Shown piece after piece: positions 1 to 12,229 of a stretch of 64,000 nt of DNA. Each line of letters opens with the position of its first letter. Position 1 is the first letter of the stretch. Source of the DNA: Octopus vulgaris. Its lineage: Eukaryota. The notes under the pieces are model-generated. The model had not been told where the DNA came from and did no database searches. It worked only from the letters and a program-made list of their open reading frames with translations. Position numbers and translations under genes: made by a program. Location of the stretch: assembly GCA_951406725.2 (NCBI GenBank), contig OX597819.1, forward strand, positions 26,474,001 through 26,538,000. The letters are read 5' to 3'.

Positions 1-283
1 GTTTGATGTCCTACGCGCTAATGATTCTACCAGCTCGCTGCCTTAATCCTCTCTGCTACAGGCCAGAAGTCTGAAACCTGAAGGGAAAGGGTCAGTTTAT
101 TACATCGACCCCAGTGTTCAACTACTACGTATGACATCGACCCCAGTGTTCAACTACTACGTATGACATCGACCAAAGAAGATAACAGGAAAAGTCGACC
201 TCGACGCAGTTTGAACTCGCAATATCGAGACAGACAAATGCATTTAAGCACTTCTCCAGGCGTGATAACGATTCTTTCCGCTT
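1..283 (-). mobile_element. Two partial tRNA-derived SINE copies (family A), one with an internal 31-bp tandem duplication
   Basis: Contains aaagtcgacctcg..tttgaactc..aagca..ccaggcgtg.taacgattct, the reverse complement of the family A head (cf. 57928-58158). acatcgaccccagtgttcaactactacgtatg is repeated at 102-172. Confidence 0.8.
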
Positions 284-909
284 AATCATAAAAAAAACAG
301 AAACAACAATAATTATCTCACGTGACATGTATATCGATGATTAAGAGATTGGTGCTTTTAGTGTTATTGATTGTGCGAGTTAGTTAATATTGCAAATGTT
401 ACTTTGATATTGAGTGATTATTGTATAAAACTCATGTTTTCTTCTCTGTATTATGTTTCTCTCATACTTCATCAATTCTTTACCACTTTTTACAATTTCT
501 TTCTTATCACCTCATTTCTGATCAACAAACTACTTGATTCGTTGTTTGACAATATTTGAAGTTCGAATAATAATTAAATACGGTTCATCATGTGAAGAGA
601 AGCCTGACTTAAACTTTCTTTTGATTCGCGTCTAAAATATTCAATAGCCAACATCACGATATGGTTTCTCAATACCGTACAGAACTTATTTATACGAGAA
701 TGTGATGAATTTTTCATTAATACTATTAACGTCTCTGTCTCACATAACTGAAGATTCTATCCTATAAATACTCTGTTATACTGAATACAGATTTGAATAC
801 ACGCATGTTGGTAAATTTGTCCCTTGAACAGCTGACGAAGCTGATTCAACTCTAGCCGGGAGTAACTGTAGTATATATGGGCAAAGTAAAAACAATAATA
901 ATAATAATG

Positions 910-941
<32 letters not shown>

Positions 942-1922
942 CATAATATTAATCATGAAGTAAATGGTGATGTCGGAAAAAACTTTATCCACCGGAGAGT
1001 TTTCAGGAAAATTCAGGCCTTTCATTTGTTGCGTAAATTCATAGATCTAATATTTTGGCCTATTTTCAGTGCGTTTTATAATGAAGAAAATGAAGGGGAG
1101 TCGATGGTGCTGCCACTTCAGTTCATAGCTTGCCTTGGCTTTTGTCAGTCAGGGGATAAAATGAATGAGTCTTACTACACCTAAGTTTAATCGGTAGTTG
1201 TTGTACGAAGTAGGTTACCGAAGTCGACACATTTCGAAAATTGCTTAACTTGGTAACAAATATTCGTCTTATTATATAACCTAAATCCGCATATTTAAGT
1301 TCAGCATTCTGTAGTTTTGTTTAAAATCAATATAACCAAATTAATATATTTCCAAACGCAATGTGGGCAGCTAATTCATAGATGGAATTTCATGAGCTGA
1401 TGTTTTTGCAAACAGTTAAAAGGCCTACATAGTCTACAATGAACGTGAAACCAGCACGGCTGAGATCCCAGTTTTTTTATCCCCGACGATATTGTGTAAA
1501 AATACAAAATGTTCACGACTATTAAATAATGTATAGGTTAGAATCTACAGTTCCATTCTTCAATATAGAATGGAACTGAAACGAAAGGCTGTTTTGTTTA
1601 CTTGTCTCTGGCAGCGGAACGAAAATAAAAAAAAAAAAATAAAAAAAAACGAAGAATAAAACCCAGTGTCTGAAGAAAGCTTGGTTTTCAATTGAATCAA
1701 TAAAATTTGCACATGTATTGCGTGCATTTTAATCTTGCTTACACACACACCCACACATACACACACACACACATACACACACACACACGTTTAAATTTCC
1801 AACAGACTATCTGCAAATGTATATTAAGCACAATATATTACTACTTTTCCTTTCGTTTCTACGCGCACACAACAATTTATCTATCTATCTATTCCCCACA
1901 TCTCTCTCTCTCCCTATCTCTC

Positions 1923-1986
<64 letters not shown>

Positions 1987-2653
1987 GTGTTTGCAAATAT
2001 TAATGTCCTGGTATAACGGTTTTGTTGGTGAACATATATGTTTAGTTCAGAGTTAGAAGAAAAATGAATTTATTAGCGAATAATTTTATAAATGGCATTT
2101 CATGTTTGAGTGGCTTTTGCTTAATGTGTTTTCCAATTTGTCTTGCGCAAAAATATAGGGTTAAAAACCCTTCTTGACGAGGATAGAATTTTAATGTGGC
2201 TTCTTGAATTAAAACTAACTGAAACATTTTACTACTTTACTGCATTGGAGAGTATGTCTTTTTTATTTGTGTGTTTCGTACGGGCGTATAAATACGCGTT
2301 TGTGTGAGTCGTAATCAGTGTTTCATTTTAACGTTTGCGTCAATACGCAGCGTATGTTTTTATCAGTGTTTGTCTTTAGTTAACCTTTTTGTATACTTGC
2401 GGTGTATACATACCTGAACTCCCAGATGCGTTTAAGCTTGGCTTCTGTATATATTCATAAAAGTATAAGCTTTGTGTGTTTATTAGTCAAGGTTACACGA
2501 GTAGCAGGTGTAGACATTTGTTTTGATTTTTCCATCTTGTCATGCTGTTGCTTTGTAGACTTTTTGTTTCTGTAAAATGTTCATATAAGGAGCACAGTTT
2601 ATTTAGTGTATTCGTATGAGTTTCCGAGTGTGACACACGCGTGCGCGCTGGCA

Positions 2654-2839
2654 CGAGGGGTGCTGAAGAGTTTCTGGCTTTGGGTAAAAGAAAATAAAAA
2701 TGGATCGGTAAATTATGATTTTACTTAACATATTCCCCTCTCGGATTCACATTCTTATTGCAGCCTCGGAAGATTGGGCTTCCAACGAGGCGTTTCGCGA
2801 GAGACCCTTAAAGCCAAGAACTTTTCACTACCCCCTCTC
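2654..2839. mobile_element. Internally deleted mariner derivative (MITE-like, ~185 bp)
   Basis: Imperfect TIRs cgaggggtgctgaagagtttctggcttt and aaagccaagaacttttcactaccccct; interior aacatattcccctctc resembles the end of a mariner transposase gene on the minus strand. Confidence 0.65.
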
Positions 2840-2876
2840 ATATATGAAAGACAGACACACAGACAGATATATATAT

Positions 2877-2943
<67 letters not shown>

Positions 2944-2962
2944 TACACATGAGACAAAGGAT

Positions 2963-3355
2963 TACTCTTTTACTTGCTTCATTCATTTGTCTGCGGCCCT
3001 GCTGAAGTACCACCTATAGTCGAGCAAATCGACCCAGGACTTCTTCTTTGTAAGCCTAGTACTTATTCTATCGGTCTATTATGCCGAACCGCTAAGTAAC
3101 GAGGACGTAAATACACCAGCATCGGTTATCAAGCGATGTTGGGGGACAGACACAAACACAGACATATATATATATATATATATATATATAAACGACGAGC
3201 TACTTTCAGTTTCTGTCTACCAAATCCCCTCACAAGGCTTTGGTCGGCCCGAGGCCATAGTAGAAGACACTTGCTCAAGGTTCCACACAGTGGGACTGAA
3301 CCCGGAACCATGCGGCTGGTAAGCAAGCTACTTGCCACACAGCCACTCTTGCACC
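2963..3355 (-). mobile_element. tRNA-derived SINE, family B (CORE-like central segment, internal TA microsatellite)
   Basis: Minus strand reads gtggctgtgtggcaag..ggttccgggttcagtccc (A/B boxes), ..ggaaccttgagcaagtgtcttc.., tail ..gcaagtaaaagagta; near-identical to 18725-19132, 28403-28840 and 56481-56840. Confidence 0.9.
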
Positions 3356-4234
3356 TATTGATAAGATTTATTTTTTAAAAATCATTTCCTCTAGTTTTAC
3401 AGTATTGCTACTGTGTTTAGATATTCAATATTCAATACCAATTATTTTTATTGAAGTATTTTGATAATAGAGTACTGTAACTGTAACTATCTTACATATT
3501 CACTACACAGCTTTAACAAATGAGTCCTACCGTGAAGCTGTTCATCAAAATTGTCCTATTCATTATAATAGGGGTTTCTATAAATCAAAGCTAATGAATT
3601 ATACCGTCCGCATGGGGCGCATGCCTATAGCAAACGTTTAGTGTAATGCATATTTGAAATATGTATTGTATGTGCGTTTTGCTAATCAGTAACACAAAAG
3701 TAAATTTTTATGCAATTCCCTCTTCTCAAACGATTAAATAGAATACTACACAATTTAAAAGATTATTTGAACGATTTTCTGTCGACACACTATATTTATA
3801 GCATTTCCAATTATTTGTATAATAAGCAAGCGATTCTGTTCATCAACGCTTGCTTGTATAGTGTCTCTGTCTCACAGACTCGCTCTCTCTCTCTCTCTCT
3901 CGCACACACACACATGTACACACGCGCGCACACACACACACTGGCGCACATGTGCAAGCACACTCAAACTCTCACGCAAGCGTGCAAAAAAATACACACA
4001 CACACACACACAGATCTGCATACTGGAGCACATTCACAAATATCGAAACAAACTACGTAACTGGATCTCCGTCAGTTTCAATGGTGCCTATTCTGGTTGT
4101 TCAATCAACTGAACCGTATGCTCATTATAGTGTGAGTGATTGAGTATTCCACAGACAAATGTACTAGTAATGTACTTTTCAAGCGGAACCATTTAGAGAC
4201 TACATTTAACAAGAATGTGTGTGTATCTTATTTT

Positions 4235-4278
<44 letters not shown>

Positions 4279-4332
4279 GAAATTGAAATATGCATTTTAC
4301 TGCAACATTTCAATTGTACTCACTAAGACATA

Positions 4333-4620
4333 TGTGATCACGTGACCGACCAGGCTATCAGATGTTGCTACACATCGCTGGTCACAATGCGCTTCGCATT
4401 GTTTTAGCCGACAAATGACGCCACACCGCTGGCTAAGCGAGCAGGCCAACAGAAGAAAGAGTGAAAAAAAGTTGCGGCGAAAGAGGCGAAGAGTACTGCC
4501 GGAGCATCGTGGAACTTTAGGTGTTTTCGCTCAATAAACACTCACAACGCCTAGTCTGGGAATCGAAACCGCAATCCTACGAGTCCGCTGCCCTAACCAC
4601 TGGGCCATTGCGCCTCCACA
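4333..4620 (-). mobile_element. tRNA-derived SINE, family C
   Basis: Minus strand tgtggaggcgcaatggcccagtggttagggcagcggactcg..gtttcgattccc; head shared with 43794-44292. Confidence 0.85.
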
Positions 4621-5438
4621 TGACATATGTAATAACTAGTATATACGTTTACTAACAACACCCAGGGCTCACGTAGACGCACAATCATAGTCAAAGCATA
4701 TGCTTTTAGTATCAACATTTTAGTTATACGCACTAACAACATACAAGCACACATGTGCCACAAACTTATATATACCATTATATAAATCCACCATACACTT
4801 TTATGTTACTACCGCTATATTTATGCACTTTAACAAACACACATACGCACACGCCACAGACATGTATATAACCATCATATAATATTTGTACCAGCAACGT
4901 ATTCATATGAAGATGCACTAAGCCGATTCGGCAACAGAAGACTGCAGAATTTTCTAGACCTACTTGTCTGTATTTATCGGTCGGTCTTTCTGAATAATTG
5001 TACTTTCTACTGGATCAAATCGTAATCGATCGCTGTGACATAGGTTACTGAAAGTATAAAGCAATTTCCTTTCAAAGAGAATATTATATTGCCTGGCCAA
5101 GCACTTGTAAGCGAACTGTCTCGAAGTTTTAGCACTTTCGGGAATATATTCTCTTATTTTCCTTTTAGTAAATGTCCTGGTTTTCTTTCTTGCTATATTT
5201 TGTAATTTACTTATTTTCATCCAATAATTGTTGCAGCTTCGAAACAGGCGCTCCTATAAACAGCAAAGAAGTAAATTGTTTAGAAGTATCCAGATTGCGA
5301 AGGGGGTGTGGATAATAAGTGTGTAAGTGTGTGGGCATTTCCTTGCGTGTGTAAAATTATACATAGAAAGCGGTAGCTCATATAATGCCCAACATTACTT
5401 CAATGATACATTGACCTTGTGCCACCAACAAAATTTGC

Positions 5439-5479
<41 letters not shown>

Positions 5480-5510
5480 TGATAATGATAATAATAATGA
5501 TAATAATAAT

Positions 5511-6740
5511 TTTGGCACAAGGTCAGCAATTAAGTGGAGGGAGTAAGTCAATTATATCGACTCAGTATTCAACTGGTACTTATCTTTTCGACCCCGAAAG
5601 GATGAAAGGAGAGTCGATCATAGCGGAATTTGAACTCAGAATATAAAGCCGCTAAGCATTTTGCACGGCGTGCTTGCGATGATTCTGCCAGCTCACTGTG
5701 TTGATAATAATAATAGTAGTAGTAGTAGTAGTTTCAAATTTTGCCAGAAGAGCAAATTTGGGGAAGGAGATGAGTCGATTGCATCGAAACCAGTGTTCAA
5801 CTGGTACTTATTTTAGCAACCCCAAAAGGATGAAAGGCAAAGTCGAGTTTGAACTCAGAACGTAGCGACAGGCAAAATAACTCTAAGCATTGAGCCCGGC
5901 GTGCTAGCGATTCTGCCAGCTCACAGCCTTAATAATAATGATAATAATAATCCTTTCTACTATAGGCACAAAGCCTGAAATTTTGTTGGAAGGGGCCAGT
6001 CGATTTGATCGACTCCAATGCGCAACTGGTATTTAATTTATCGAACCGATAGGACAAAAGGGTAATTCGATCTCAAAATGTAAAGACGAGCGAAATGCTG
6101 CTAAGCATTTTGCTTGGCATGCTAAAGATTCTGCCAGCTCACCGCGATTGAAAATAATAATGATTATGATGATGATGATACTTTTTTTTCTACAATAGGA
6201 AGTGGATAGTCAATAGCATCAACTCGCCAGTGCTCAAGAGGTACATATTTTTTGGAGCTCAGAAAGGATGAATCATAAAGTCGGCCTCGGCAGAATTTTT
6301 TATCTCACAGCATAAAGCCCGAAGGAATGGCGCTAACCATTTTGTTCAGCATGATAAATATTCCGGCAAATATTAATAAAAATTCTTCTGCCATATATTC
6401 CTTTCCTTTCTACTCTAGGCACAAGGCCCGAAATTTTGGGGATTGGGGCTAGTCGATTGGATCGACTCCAGTATGCAACTGGTACTTAATTTAAAGACAG
6501 ACAAAATACCTATTTCTTTACTACCCACAAGGGGCTAAACATAGAGTAGACAAACAAGGACAGACAAACGGATTAAGTCGATTACATCGACCCCAATGCG
6601 TAACTGGTTCTTAATTTATCGACCCCGAAAGAATGAAAGGCAAAGTCGACTTCGGTGGAACTTCAACTCAGAACGTAACGGCAGACGAAATACGGCTAAG
6701 AATTTCGCCCGGCGTGCTAACGTTTCTGCCAGCTCGCCGA
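5511..6740 (-). mobile_element. Tandem array of about 5-6 family A SINE copies, mostly separated by (AAT)n
   Basis: The motif gaccccgaaaggatgaaaggcaaagtcgac..tttgaactcagaa..ctaagcattt..ctgccagctc recurs near 5590, 5820, 6050, 6260 and 6620, all in the same orientation. Confidence 0.88.
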
Positions 6741-6847
6741 CTTCTGCCATATATTAATAGAAATTTCTTTGTCGCATGCAAGATGGGATATTTCACGACT
6801 AAGTTACGAAAAGCGGGGAACGTTATGAACATGATTGTGAAGAAAAT

Positions 6848-7240
6848 GCGTGGCTGTGTGATAAGAAGCTTGCCTCACCATCACGTAGTTCCGAGTTCAG
6901 TCCCACTGCGTGGCACCTTGAGCAGATGTGTTCTACTATAATCTCAGGCTAACTAAAACCTTGTGAGTGGATTTGGTAGACAGAAACTGAAAGAAGCCCG
7001 TCTTATGTATATATACATATGTGTTTATGTGTTTGTCCCCTCACCCATTACCTCTTGACAACCGGTGTTGGTGTGTTTCCGTACCCTGTAACTTAGTATC
7101 TCAGCAAAAAGATCCTATAGAATAAGTACTGAGCTTTAAAGAAAATAGTCGTGGGTTCGATTTGTTTGAATAGAACTCTCTAAGGCGGTGCTCCTACATG
7201 ACCGCAGTGAAATGAGTGAAACAAGTAAAACAAAATAAAA
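6848..7240 (+). mobile_element. Family B SINE
   Basis: gtggctgtgtgataag..gagttcagtcccactgcgtggcaccttgagcag..gtgagtggatttggtagac..aggcggtgctcc..gaaacaagtaaaa. Confidence 0.85.
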
Positions 7241-8121
7241 GTATAATAAAAATCAAATCAGAAATATGTCTCGATGACGTGGCCACCTATCATGAATCTG
7301 GATTCTTTTTTGAGAACCTGTGGCATGTACATATCTAAAAATTTTATCAAGCACATGATGAGAGTAGGCACGTTGTGCAAGTCCATACATGTCACACTCA
7401 CCTTTAAGCAGTTTATAGACAAATGTATACTTCATCCATCTGCACATTATCTATTCCTTAATCTTGGAAAAGTAATAATGTAGGCCTACAATAAGAACAA
7501 AGATTCCGTCCACTAAATCTCGTGCACTACTTTCATTATAATCACCTGTGAGAGGAAAACAGTCTCCTCTAACTTGTAAACATGGCATGTGATCTGATCT
7601 TTTCTATGGACGGAGTTGATAGCCGGATGTGTTTTACTTGAAAATCAGCTTTACATGTGAGCAATTTTCGGATGCTTTGTGCGGGCTCATCGAACGTTTT
7701 CATATTTCATTTGTACATCAACGATTTACTTACTTGATGACATTAGAATGTTAGTAGACTATACACACCTACCACACACTCACATGCACACACGAACACA
7801 TAGTTCTCGATTCTTTTTTCTCTATATATGACAGGAGAATAAAGTGCGAAATATTTAAACGTCTTAAAACGTTTTATGAGAACAACTAAGCAATAAATGA
7901 TTTTAAGCTTACGTTAGCCTTTTAACTCATTTAACTATATCAGAATTATTACGAGATATATTAAGGAAATGTACGTGTAGTAACATAAATTGACTTCACT
8001 GCCATATCTTCCATTATATGGAACGTATCATTCCAACTCGATTTCTTTTAGGCTTTACACTATACACGGCTCTTTATAAACCTGGCACGCGTGCGCGCGC
8101 ACACACACATACACACACACT

Positions 8122-8165
<44 letters not shown>

Positions 8166-8634
8166 CACAATTTCATGATTGCCAGATTCATTGCATAATA
8201 CTGTATGTGGTAGTATTATATTCTCTTGTTAAAAGTAGACCATTTTCACACCGTTTTCATTCTCTTTCTCCTAATGGCTTCTTCAAATATTTGAGCATTC
8301 CAAAGTACCGCTCGCAGTTCATGGTACAACCACGATTTAAAAATGGCAAACATAATGACGCCCTTGTCATCCACATAACATTCACCATGATTTTCTCAGC
8401 TAATTGCTTTCTCTGGAACATTTTAATTCTTAAAGATAGAATGTGACAACATTCCATAGACTGAGCATTGGTGTCCGAAAACAAAATATACACCTGCGTT
8501 TCATACTCTGAAACCACATCATAAAAATGAGGCTTCATTACTTTCAAACTCTACCAACAGATCACAGACGAATTTCAAAATTCTCTCCTTCAAATTGGAT
8601 GTCAGCTGTTGAGGTACCAACTTGTACAAATTTT

Positions 8635-8870
8635 CTTATTTCTTTATTGACCACAAAGAGCTAAACATAGAGGGTGCAAACAAGGACAGACAAATGGATT
8701 AAGTCGATTATATCGACCCCAGTGCGTAACTGGCGCTTAATTTATTGACCCTGAAAGGATGAAAGGCAAAGTCGACCTCGGCGGAATTTGAACTCAGAAG
8801 GTAACGGCAGACGAAATACTTCTAAGCATTTCGCCCGGCGTGCCAACGATTTTGCCAGCTAGCTGCCTTT
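8635..8870 (-). mobile_element. Family A SINE
   Basis: Full-length match to the reverse complement of 57928-58158. Confidence 0.88.
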
Positions 8871-9217
8871 TCCAAATTGTACAGATTTTCTGATATCCGA
8901 TGTTGACATAAGATACACACGATTTTTTTTGTCCTCGCTCTTATTATTCGTATCAGCGGTTGAAGCAAATGGTCTCTAAAGATGTAGTTTATCTTGAGTG
9001 ATGGTTACCGCTACTTAAAAACCTTGAATTCTGCTCTGCTCTCTTCTTTTGTCAATAGTGTCGTCTTATGTAGCCTATAGTATTTGATAGCACAAAACTA
9101 GGAACACATTATTTACCTGTATTTAAGAGAAAATTATTGCACCAACATGTACAATTTGAATGTCTCGTGTTGAAATTTATGCATTCTTTTGTATTACTTT
9201 CGCAACAAGTCTGCATG

Positions 9218-9254
<37 letters not shown>

Positions 9255-9257
<3 letters not shown>

Positions 9258-9528
9258 GTGACGGCGCGTGCTGACTAGCACCACTTATGCTAAAATAAGA
9301 GTTTAATTAACTCTAAAGCCACTAAAGCACTATGCTTAATGACTGACAAAGGGAGATGAGTCCCTAGCGTACACAGCTGTATCACGATTTCGAATTTTGG
9401 TGCAGACCAGCTTAATTCTCCCCAGCGGCTAGTGTAAAACTCAAACTTCCTTTGTCAATCATGTGCTGATTTTCAAAAAGGTTAAAATGAAAACAACACA
9501 TTAATAGGGTGGTTTATTAGCAATTAGA
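9255..9528 (-). mobile_element. Short ORF-less element abutting (TA)n and carrying a degenerate hammerhead motif
   Basis: Lies between (TA)n at 9222-9254 and a SINE B fragment; contains the HHR-like fold at 9339-9462. Confidence 0.5.
9339..9462 (-). ncRNA. Degenerate type I hammerhead ribozyme with long stem I
   Basis: Minus: gattgacaaagg..tgagt..ctagccg CTGGGGA gaatt[aagctggtctgcacca]aaattc GAAA tcgtgatacagctgtg TA cgctag..actca..cctttgtcagtc. Stems I and II pair; A6 is replaced by G and stem III is disrupted. Confidence 0.6.
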
Positions 9529-9655
9529 AACTCGGCAAAAGAGACCGATAGAATAAGTACTAGGCTTACAAAGAATAAATCATGGGGTCAATTTGCTCGA
9601 CTAAAGGCGGTGCTCCAGCATGGCCGCAGTCAGATGTTTGAAACAAGTAAAAGAG
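9529..9655 (+). mobile_element. Family B SINE 3' fragment
   Basis: tcggcaaaagagaccgatagaataagtactaggc..gaaacaagtaaaagag. Confidence 0.85.
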
Positions 9656-9716
<61 letters not shown>

Positions 9717-9790
9717 GTTAAACAGGATGTCAAACATCCAAGCAAAGCAAATATCTCAAGTCATATGCAATATTATTATAGGAAGAAATT

Positions 9791-9850
9791 CAAATTTACA
9801 GCTGTTTCTGGGATATCTCCGAGTATAGGATGTTCCGTCATCAGAGACAA
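9791..9850 (-). ncRNA. Minimal hammerhead motif in PLE terminal repeat (degenerate stems)
   Basis: Minus: CTGATGA cggaacatcctatactcggagatatccca GAAA CAGCTG TA. Core is exact with palindromic stem III; stem II is imperfect and no stem I partner is evident. Confidence 0.6.
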
Positions 9851-10371
9851 ATAGGGGGAAAATTATGGAAAACGAGAATGGTATATATCAATAAGATAAC
9901 AGCATAGTGAAAGGGAGTAAAGCATGAGATGGAAAGAGAGAAAAAAGAAGCGTAAATGTTCATAGTTTAACTTTCTGAAGTTAGAGAAACTAGAGCATGA
10001 GTCCTGAGGTTCCATCCTGCGTATATCCATGTGAGCTAAAGTCCTTATATAGTAGACATCTCAAGAAAACGTTCAATAACAGAATGGTAGCGAAGGTGGA
10101 TGTTAATTGGTAAAAGTAAAGAAAAGAAAAGAAATAGAAAGAAAGGTAGATAGAGCGAGGCAGGGGGTATTTTAAGATTGGCTATAGGATAAAGTAAAGA
10201 GTATATGTGTATGGTGTCTAAGAATTGTGTACGGGGTAGCCGAGAAGATAAGAGAGAAGATGAGGAGGTAGAGGAAGATGAAGTAAACAAATAGAGCGAA
10301 ATGAAAGGAATTTAAAAAGAGTAGTAGATGTCTGGTAGTCTCAAAGTCTAAAGTTGTTGGGGTGGAAGTTT

Positions 10372-10601
10372 GGTGATGAGCTGGCAGAAACGTTAGCATG
10401 CCGGGCGAAACGCTTAGCGGTATTTCGTCTGCGTTACGTTGTGAGTTCAAATTCCGCCGAGGTCGACTTTGCCTTTCAACATTTCGGGGTCGATAAATTA
10501 AGTATCAGTTACACAGTGGGGTCGATGTAATCGACTTAATACCTATGTCTGTCCTTGTTTGTCCCCTCTGTGTTTAGCTCCTTGTGGGTAATAAAGAAAT
10601 A
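10372..10601 (+). mobile_element. Family A SINE inserted in the PLE
   Basis: ggtgatgagctggcagaaacgttagc..gagttcaaattccgccgaggtcgactttgcc..aataaagaaata. Confidence 0.9.
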
Positions 10602-10908
10602 GGTAATTGCTTGTGTCCATACTGGCTAAGGTCAGTGACTGTAGGGTTATATTTTAGCAATGGGGTTGTGCGTGCGTAGGTAGTCGAGAGAGGAAGAGAT
10701 AGTTGAATGTTAAGTTATTTATGAGTGGGAGTTAGAGTTAGGGGTTTATAATAGGGGATTTATTGGGTTAAGATTTAAAATAGATTAAGGATAAGTTAAA
10801 GAATTAATATTTATCTCATAGTCTGCTGAGGTACGGTAGATAGATATGAGGTAAGACATAAGGTAGAAATAAGTGTTATAGAGATATAGAAGGAGTATGT
10901 GTTTATGA

Positions 10909-11330
10909 TCATGGGGGTTTGTATATGGGTGCTATTCGTGGTGGGAGTGAGCTTTTAGATTTATGAAGGAATTTAGAAGTGTAGAAGAATTTTTGCTTAC
11001 ACGTAGGGAAGGCCTTGTTGTTTTTATTAAGCAATTCTGGTGAGTTGTGGATTAGAATTTTGTGGATTAGAATTTTGAGTCGACAATTAGAGTGTTGGCC
11101 CTGATATGGGGTACCCGAGTAGATTATAGTCCAGGAAAGTTTATACTGTATTTTTCTATCAATTAGATGGTGAATGTGGCTGGCTAATGATGTGGAATTG
11201 CTATTCTCCTTATATTTAAACGAGTTTGAATGTGCGTAACACATTTGTTAAAAATTGGTGCTAGAACCAATGTAATAGCTATAGGAGTTATTTACGATGT
11301 TGTGAACAGTACCGTTGTGGTTATCGGTTC
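10909..11330 (-). pseudogene. PLE GIY-YIG endonuclease remnant
   Basis: YIG motif, H..SF, T.L..HI, W.I, C.L and LLN motifs; in-frame stop near 11250. Confidence 0.75.
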
Positions 11331-11478
11331 TACAGTGTTTAATTGATGAGAGAGAAGTAAGATAGTGCTGGTAGTGGCGAGGGTGGTATTAGGTGAATTG
11401 ATCGTTATATTACTGCTATTATTGCTGTCGTTTCTTGTATTGATATCAACGCAAGCGTTACCATTATTATTATTATTA

Positions 11479-11519
<41 letters not shown>

Positions 11520-11520
11520 G

Positions 11521-11600
11521 AGTAAAAGAGCAGTGCTTACCATCAAAGTGACACTGGGGTAAAATATACGAAGCCCAGTATATCCATCATGACTACCCAT
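11521..11600 (-). mobile_element. Fragment of the repeat at 42682-43170, embedded in (TTA)n
   Basis: gagcagtgcttaccatcaaagtgacactggggtaaaatatacgaagcccagtatatccatcatgactaccc is an imperfect reverse complement of about 43095-43168. Confidence 0.75.
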
Positions 11601-11603
11601 CTA

Positions 11604-11636
<33 letters not shown>

Positions 11637-11684
11637 GATTATCATTATTATTATTATTGTCATTATCCCTATCGGCGTCGCCGA

Positions 11685-11842
11685 TAATAATAATGATGAT
11701 AGAACCGATAACCGCAATTGCAGAAACGGGACAGATTGCCCGGTGGAAGCCCAATGCAGAAGATGCAAAGTCGTATACGTACACCGATCCACTGTTCACA
11801 ACATCGTAAATAACTCCTGTAGCTATTACATTGTGTCTAGCA
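11685..11842 (+). pseudogene. Inverted PLE fragment: Cys-rich linker and start of GIY-YIG
   Basis: NCRNGTDCPVEAQCRRCKVVYVHRSTVHNIVNNSCSYYIVSS; 11791-11842 is an inverted near-copy of 11259-11310. Confidence 0.75.
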
Positions 11843-11907
11843 AGAAAGACACTTCGGTATCAATTCATTCACCTTCTGTATCAATATACTTAAGGCTCAA
11901 AATACTC

Positions 11908-11986
<79 letters not shown>

Positions 11987-12229
11987 AACAGCTTTAAACT
12001 AGATAATCGCTTATTTCACAAAAGAAAATCGCTTAGTTCTTTGCTATTTTCTTATGGCCATATTTGTACTCGATTAACGCTTCGTTCTGAAACATGTATT
12101 GAGTTCTAGCCACTGGTCAGTTATCGTGTACATTTATGTAACATTTCAAGTACCTTGTCGATAGCTACACCTTGCCGCATTCATAAGTATGCTGCTATAC
12201 TATGTGTAGCATAACCCAAGTTAACTTTC

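Larger units (their letters stand above)
9714..11460 (-). mobile_element. 5'-truncated Penelope-like element (GIY-YIG end plus 3' terminal region), interrupted by a SINE
   Basis: Minus translation YYIGSSTNF*QMCYAHSNSFKYKENSNSTSLASHIHHLIDRKIQYKLSWTII..NCRL..ELLNK fits the PLE GIY-YIG C-terminus; HHR motif near the 3' end; ends at (TA)n. Confidence 0.75.

Noticed and set aside
102-172. 31-bp direct repeats resembling a CRISPR array
   Set aside because: No spacers; it is a local duplication inside a SINE in eukaryotic DNA.
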